Origin: Neoechinorhynchus agilis
Lineage: Eukaryota > Animalia > Acanthocephala
Reading direction: 5' to 3'
NCBI GenBank assembly: GCA_051530055.1
Contig: CM121342.1
Span: forward strand, 2,824,797-2,888,796
Length of the DNA: 64,000 bases
Part shown: in pieces, positions 47,870 to 64,000 of the stretch
Position numbering within the stretch: the first letter of the stretch is position 1
Layout: each line of letters begins with the position of its first letter
Position numbers and translations under genes: made by a program
The notes under the pieces: model-generated
The model's input: only the letters and a program-made list of their open reading frames with translations
Told to the model about the DNA's origin: nothing
The model's database searches: none

Positions 47870-49505
47870 AGAGAAAGAGGCTTATGCTCTCGTCGAGGCG
47901 GTAAAGCACTGGAAATACTACCTAGCTATTCGCTCATCTACAATTATCACCGACCAGAGGTCTGTCTCTTTCATGATGGATCAAGATCACGCAAAAAAAT
48001 CAGGAATGAGAGGATTCTGCGATTGAAACTAGAGTTATCCAATTACTCATATATTCTCAGGTATAGTCGGACGGGAGAACTTGGCCGCTGACGTTCTGTC
48101 CCGTGACTCTTGTGTTCGGTCGAGAACAAATCTGAACTTACTCATCTACTTAAGTTACATCGAAGACTTGGTGACCCTGGAATCACACGAATGCAACATT
48201 ATGTCAAACAGAACAATATTCCTTACTCCATAGAAGACATTCGGAAGCTCAGTGCTGCTTGCGTTGTCTGCTGTCAGATCAAGCCTCGATTTTTTAAACC
48301 ACAAGGGATGTATCTGATAAAGGCGACCCGACCTCTTGAAAGAATATCAATAGATTTCAAGGGAGCAGTGGATGAGTACTCCAGATTTCCAATGGCGTTT
48401 GCCTATCGCGGCTGTTCAGCTAATACGGTAAAAGTTTGTCTTTCCAGGATATTCTCGATTTTCGGATGCCCTGAATATATCCATTCTGATCTAGGGTCGT
48501 CCTTAACATGTCTGCGCGAATGGCTGAATGCTCGGCAAATTGGTTTGAGTCATACAACCGCCTACCACCCTCAAGGTTACGGACAATGTGAGCGTCTAAA
48601 TTGAGTCATTTGGAAAGCGATAGAATTGGTGCTTTCCGATAGAAATATTCCTTTGTCCGAGGTGCTTCACGAAGCGCTGGGAAAAATACGGATGTTACTC
48701 TGTACTATCACAGGAACGACACCGCATTAACGGATGATGAGGCCTGTCGGATCCCCAGCAAACTAAGAGCGAAGGGGGAAGATTGTGATATTGATTAATT
48801 GATACTGTTGGTGCCGTCGTCCCCGCGTCATCACCGCGCTTTTGCTACCGTATAGCACGCGCCCCGGTGGTGTTTGGTGTGTGTTTTTGTCCAATAAAGC
48901 CCCTGTTTTGGTCATACATTACGTACATCCTTAGTAGTTCAGTTGTATGAGGCGTGAGTTTTAATAATAATAGTAGTTCATTGGGCATTTTTCTGAGCAC
49001 TTTGCGTTTTCTGAACAAAACATTATTGAATGTGACGGATTCATATCTTCGACTTTATGATGGTAATAATCAACATTCAGCCTTAGTCATCAATTTATGA
49101 TCGTAGTTTTATTTTACATTGCCAGATCAATAACAAAAACTATCGACCCTGCAATTCCGTTTCCGACGCAAATTTTCGACAACGAATGCCTTTTCATTTT
49201 TTTCGGCGCGCTCTTCTGCCCCAACTGGAACCCCAAAGACTCCAAGCCTGTTGCTGTTTCAGTTTAAACCGGTGCCAGATCCACTGGCTTCTACTCGCGC
49301 TTCATTGAGTTTCTTCACTTTAACATTCAGAGCACTGGGCAGAAATCGCTTTGCGTCAACACCGATTACAGCTATCGCAATGCTTTGTTTTAATTAAACA
49401 TTTGGATTCTCTTGTCCATATCGGTTCTAGGCCAGCTGTTTAAAGTTGATCGGATTCCAATCGTGGAAATCTATTGGATGCGGATAAAAACAAGCGGACT
49501 TTAAA
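47870..49505 (+). mobile_element. Ty3/gypsy LTR retrotransposon 3' portion (RNase H, integrase, PPT, LTR), degenerate
   Basis: EKEAYALVEAVKHWKYYL, ITDQRS, NLAADVLSR, ISIDFKG, IHSDLG, YHPQGYGQCERLN. PPT followed by TGTGATA at 48784. Confidence 0.9.
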
Positions 49506-49739
49506 AATGACGACCGAAGATGCGATTGCATCTCAGAGGGCACATTGAAAAATGAAAGATAATTGAAGTCTCCTATCGTTGGGATTAGCTTAAAACAAAG
49601 GGGAAATCTAGTTTCTTAGTCTTTTTTAATTTATCTTAATGTTCTTGTCCTTTACTGACTGGAATAAATTTGGACGCTCCTAAAGGTCGCGAAGATTGTA
49701 ATACATTTGGCGAGTAATTTGAGCGATGCCTCCACCACC

Positions 49740-59110
<9,371 letters not shown>

Positions 59111-59539
59111 CCCATGAAGAATATCCTTCAATTTGAACAGAATGTAATCCACGAGATGCCGACGTGTCGTTATTCTTGATACCGAATAGTCAGAATCGAA
59201 CTTTCTCGACCGGATATTCCAACCCAACCGCGCCCTCAAATCCACTCCAAAATCAACAATAGCATTCTTTTAACAGCTCTGAACACTGCTGAACGTGAGC
59301 GGGTGTGTTTGAGGCATAAACTGATCAAAGTTTAATAGTGTTCAATTCTTGTTAAGTAACAAATAAACGTGTTATTATTATACTTATTATATTCTAATAG
59401 ACTAGGGATTTAATCTTTATTGTTTTAAACCTTGGCTTGATCGTCGAATCTCTTTTATTCGTCAATCACAAAACCTACGAGACTTTCTTACATCGACGCT
59501 CTTTCTACCCCTCGTTTCGCTTTCTCACATAAAATTTCC

Positions 59540-60150
59540 CACCATCGTTGTCTCTCGCAAATATGCCTCTACTAGTCGATAACCTTCACAAGGACGACCA
59601 CGACACTAGGGTGGAAAACAAAGAAAAATGGAAGGCTAAGCACGACCAAGGCTCAAAATGGATGGAGTTCGAGAAGGACGTGCAGGTGTGGTGCAAAACG
59701 CAACATGATCGACGATGGTGTTCAGGGCGAGTGGAGAATCGAAATGGTCCCGTCTCCTATTAAGTTAGGACCGAAAGAGGGATAGGGAGAAAACACGCCG
59801 ATCACCTGAGACCAGCAGTAGCCATAGCAGAGGCAGGGGAATTGCCGCACGGCGAACAAACGCCCAATGAGCCCATCAATGATGAACCAACGAATGAGAC
59901 GGAAAGGGGATCCAATGTCACGGGTCCATTGCGAAGGAGTGCGAGAATACGACGTCGACCTGAGTGGTTAAACGATTAAGACACCTCCGGTCTCAATTAA
60001 GGAGAGGAGAAATGTTATATAGTGAGCCATCGTGACACGCACTGCGCCTCCGATCGTTAATGACCAAACGATGTTTGGGGGTGTGTGCGTTTGTTTTTGG
60101 TTTTTGCAGTTGGTCAGGTTTTGAAAAAACGTTAATAAAACTTATCATGA
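59540..60150 (+). mobile_element. Ty3/gypsy integrase C-terminal tail, PPT and LTR start
   Basis: GPVSY*V...RKHADHLR...LRRSARIRRRPEWL, then ggagaggagaaa followed by TGTTATA at 60013, and AATAAA. The LTR 3' end is not determined. Confidence 0.7.
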
Positions 60151-60269
60151 AGAGTGAAGATACTTCAGCACGATATCAGGAGGATCCAGAATTTGTGTCA
60201 CTTAAGAAAGGAGAAGCGGAACAATAATCGTTCAAGGAATCGATTGGGGGGATAAACCATTCTGAAGAT

Positions 60270-60780
60270 AAAAATATATCAGTGAAAAGTTCACTAGTGC
60301 CGTTTTTTAAAGTTGCTGCTACGATCGAGAATGGATGTCCGGAATGTCCACGGAGAAGCGAGCCTACACTTAAACGAACACTGACGAGAACTGGACATCA
60401 TGAACCGCCGGAAACAAGTCCAGCGTCGGGCCCAGGGAAATCAGTGGACACAAATAACCGATAAGATTCGATTTACACTCGAAGATTCGTGGTCCAAGAG
60501 ATAATGAGCGAACTATGTTTGCCCGATGACTATCGAGGGATCATCTACATCGAGAAAACTGACCTGCCCTTTTGAGTCAATGTTCGCAATGCACTGAATC
60601 CGGACGCAAAATCATGAGCAGCGGCGGAGAAAACAATCGAAGCGAGTTAGATATGTGGCCAAGAACCCCATGGAACTATCGTCGAAGCACTTCTTATGTC
60701 CCGGATAATTACAAAGGGGAAGGTGTTTCTTCAGACAATGAGCGAGATAGAGCGTTCTGGGCATCAGTTCGGTAAAGCCC
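60270..60780 (+). mobile_element. Possible degenerate non-LTR RT N-terminal fragment
   Basis: GPREISG and PRTPWNYRRST resemble the GPDGI and DPxNYRPI motifs; many stops. Confidence 0.35.
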
Positions 60781-61560
60781 AAAAACTGCTCAAGAGACGA
60801 AGCGAATTTTCGACTTCGATGTCGCTAATTTAACGCACACTTCACAACTCTATACGCTTTTTGTAGATTCCTGAGAAAGACGGCGAAAGCTCTGAAATAA
60901 AGATTTTTCCTTTTGTCATTACAGCAGCCCTCTCCCAAGTGTCTATTTTCGAAAACAAAACCTAATCAATCATGCAGCTCGAAAATCAAGTAGTATTTCA
61001 CACGAAATAAGTTATTTGTAACAAAACCGTGTTTTTTATCTTAAACTTAGCTTCTGTAAGTGTGTGAATTTGGGCTCTGCTTTTCTAGGATAATATCAGA
61101 TAAAGATTCCGATAAAAGCGGACTATAGATCAGTGATGGAGCGGACTATCAACTATCTGAGACGGAATATCAACATGTCGATTAATGAGGTACCGGAGTA
61201 TATAATTAGACTTATTGTTTAAGTCTTAACACGCTTATTTTCTAATGGCAGATATATTTAAATTGGGCTTCAAGAAGAAGCATTCCGAGAAAAATTTCCA
61301 GCGCTCGATCCATGTGTCCATTAATTAATTGTTAATGTGTGTAAGCGGAATTTAAATAAATAAATACATCGTTCGCAAAACAATACATTCATAAATCGCA
61401 GCGCGTAAACATAAAAATGTTAAACGTTTAAACGAAAAAAGTATTGGAATTCTACAACTTATTGTCTTTCAATATCTGATGCTATTTTATAAGAAACATC
61501 ACAGTAGCTCAAATTTAGTTCATTCTTTTATTTACTTAAATTACATGAATCTGTGAATCT

Positions 61561-61911
61561 TCAATGCTTAGGCTTCTTGCGGTTACGTCTCGAACCCTTC
61601 CGTTTATGTACTGGGAATAAATCCTTTTCCCCGGCAAAATATTCAAATTCATCGACACCAAAATTGTACAGCGCGGGCTCCGCAGTGAAATCCACATTTC
61701 CATCCTTTGAACCTCTGCATTTCTTCTCGCAGGCTCGGTAGCATGCTTCGAAATTTTCTGTAGTTCGATCAACTTTATTCCACGTTAAGTACCTGTCGTG
61801 ACATTTACCAGCACAAAAGCACTTGTCCTGAGCGTATGACTCAAGAATGGCGATGCTGAAGACGATGGCGATGATCAGCATGAGGTGTTGAAGGGTTATG
61901 AACGCTGACAT
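61561..61911 (-). CDS. Secreted six-cysteine peptide precursor, copy 1 (116 aa)
   Basis: Hydrophobic signal peptide, C-x-C-x3-C-x19-C-x3-C-x3-C, acidic spacer and basic tail. Intact ORF conserved across three tandem paralogues. Confidence 0.8.
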   Translation of the reverse strand: MSAFITLQHLMLIIAIVFSIAILESYAQDKCFCAGKCHDRYLTWNKVDRTTENFEACYRACEKKCRGSKDGNVDFTAEPALYNFGVDEFEYFAGEKDLFPVHKRKGSRRNRKKPKH

Positions 61912-62515
61912 TGGGAGGAAGGTTGGCTAGCCGAAGGGTTTCCTTCTTATTCAGCTTACATTTTTTAACAATAGTAGTCGTGGTAACTAAAAAATTTCGG
62001 TAATCTAACTTTTATTCTGATTGGCTAACGTATATCTTGCTGGCATAATCAATATTTTGGTTAATTCCTTCCGCAACACTAAATCTGTGCTATGAGAAAA
62101 TAATTGTTCAAGTAATATTTGGAAATTTGAGCGACAGTTTATAACTGTCAAACGAATTTTTGTGTTTCTCGGTGCATGAATGAACGTAAAAATGAACCGA
62201 AAAATGAATACTGTCTTCAAATGGTTGCAATGATTAATTTGGTTTCAAATTGCTTACTAAATTCACACAATCGAGTTTTTTACTTTGAATAAACATAATG
62301 GATGTCACATTTTATGTTTTTACCGTTGGTAAATCTTTATATTAGTTAAACAAATCGCACTAACATTAAAAGATTTAATATTAAAAGTAAAAAAAGCGTT
62401 GGAAATCTAGAGCATATTGAGGATGAATCCTAAATGCTATTTTCTCCCAAACATTAAGTGGCTAAAATTTAGATCATTCTTTTATTCAGTTAAAATTATA
62501 CAAATCTGTGGATCT

Positions 62516-62866
62516 TCAATGCTTAGGCTTCTTGCGGTTACGTCTCGAACCCTTCCGTTTATGTACTGGGAATAAATCCTTTTCTCCGGCAAAATACTCA
62601 AATTCATCGACACCAAAATTGTACAGCGCGGGCTCCGCAGTGAAATCCACATTTCCATCCTTTGAACCTCTGCATTTCTTCTCGCAGGCTCGGTAGCATG
62701 CTTCGAAAGTTTCTCTGGTTTGATCGACCCTTTGCCAAGTTATGTATTTTTCGTGGCACTTTCCGATGCAATGACAGCGGTCTTCGAAGGATGATACAAA
62801 GGTGCAGAGACCGAGAACAACGGCGATGATGAGCATGAGGTGTTGAAGGGTTATGAACGCTGACAT
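62516..62866 (-). CDS. Secreted six-cysteine peptide precursor, copy 2 (116 aa)
   Basis: Same Cys spacing. C-terminal half identical in protein to copy 1. Unit period ~955 bp. Confidence 0.8.
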   Translation of the reverse strand: MSAFITLQHLMLIIAVVLGLCTFVSSFEDRCHCIGKCHEKYITWQRVDQTRETFEACYRACEKKCRGSKDGNVDFTAEPALYNFGVDEFEYFAGEKDLFPVHKRKGSRRNRKKPKH

Positions 62867-63470
62867 TGGGAGGAAGGTTGGCTAGCCGAAGGGTTTCCTT
62901 CCTATTCAGCTTACATTTTTTAACAATAGTAGCCGTGGTAACTAAAAATTTTCGGTAGCTTAATTTTTATTCTGATTGGCTAACGCATATTTTACTGGCA
63001 TAATCAATATTTGTGTTAATTCCTTCCGCAACACTAAATCTGTACCATGAGAAAATAATTGTTCAAGTAATATTTGGAAATTTGAGCGACAGTTTATAAC
63101 TGTCAAACGAATTTTTGTGTTCCTCGGTTCATGAATGAACGTACAGATGAACCGAAAAATGAATACTGTCTTCAAATGGTTGCAATGATTAATTTGGTTT
63201 CAAATCGCTTACTAAATTCACACAATCGAGTTTTTTAACTTATAATAAACATAATGGATGTCAAATTTTATGTTTTACCGTTGGTAAATCTTTATATTAG
63301 TTAAACAAATCGCACTAACATTAAAAGATTTAATATTAAAAGTAAAAAAAGTGTTGGAAATCTAGAGCATATTGAGGATGAATCCCTAATGCTATTTTCT
63401 CCCAAACATTAAGTAGCTAAAATTTAGATCATTCTTTTATTCAGTTAAAATTACACGGATCTGTGGATCT

Positions 63471-63782
63471 TTAATGCTTCTTGCCGTGGTGCCGTGAACC
63501 CTTTTCTCCGGGTAAATATTCGATTTCGTCGACATTGAAGTAATACAGCTCTGGCTCAGCCGTGAAATCTACATTCCCATCCTTTGAATCTTTGCACTTA
63601 ATCGCACAGGCCTGTTTGCATGCATCGATATTTTTTGGAGTTTGGTCAATTTTATTCCACTTTTTTGACCTTTCCTGACATTTGGCAGCACACGAGCATT
63701 TGTCTTGAGCGTATGACTCAAGAATGGCGATGCTGAAGACGATGGCGATGATAAGAAAGAGGTTGCTCCTGAACGCTGACAT
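63471..63782 (-). CDS. Secreted six-cysteine peptide precursor, copy 3 (103 aa)
   Basis: Same Cys spacing and conserved W. In-frame deletions relative to copies 1 and 2. Confidence 0.8.
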   Translation of the reverse strand: MSAFRSNLFLIIAIVFSIAILESYAQDKCSCAAKCQERSKKWNKIDQTPKNIDACKQACAIKCKDSKDGNVDFTAEPELYYFNVDEIEYLPGEKGSRHHGKKH

Positions 63783-64000
63783 TGGGAGGAAGGTTGGCTA
63801 GCTGAAGGGTTATCTTCCTATTCAGCTTACATTTTTTAACAATAGTAGCCATAGTTACTCAGAACTTTTCTTAAATCTAACTTTTATTCTGATTGGCTAA
63901 CGCATATTTTTTGGGTTTTTTGTTTGATTAGGCATAGGCAATAAGCCATATTTTTTATCGTTTGGTGTAAGATGAGGTTTTTACAACACGCGGCGAGCCA

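Overview
This is AT-rich eukaryotic DNA from an invertebrate animal; the species cannot be determined from sequence alone. It has many short canonical GT-AG introns of about 43-55 nt that the ORF track misses. Host genes: MADD/DENN (5'-truncated), a secreted protein built from tandem 66-nt exons, ATP-dependent 6-phosphofructokinase with two alternative first exons, a Skp1-like gene, an SLC28 nucleoside transporter, a damaged maelstrom-like copy, a 574-aa disordered protein with an internal duplication, intronless RPS6, and three tandem Cys-rich secreted peptide genes. The rest is transposon debris (CRE-like, CR1/L2-like LINE, Penelope, Ty3/gypsy, hAT), foldback elements, a 150-bp array upstream of RPS6 and a ~9.4-kb 122-bp satellite. 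Main observation: the PFK and MADD reading frames are broken at three places by short inserts with the architecture TA-[inverted repeat]-TA. Removing each insert plus one TA restores the frame, and in two cases gives a gapless match to orthologues as I recall them. This points to hairpin-type non-canonical introns or IES-like precisely excised elements. Weaker canonical splicing alternatives exist for each, so RNA and DNA reads are needed. All homology calls are from motif recognition and memory, not database searches.
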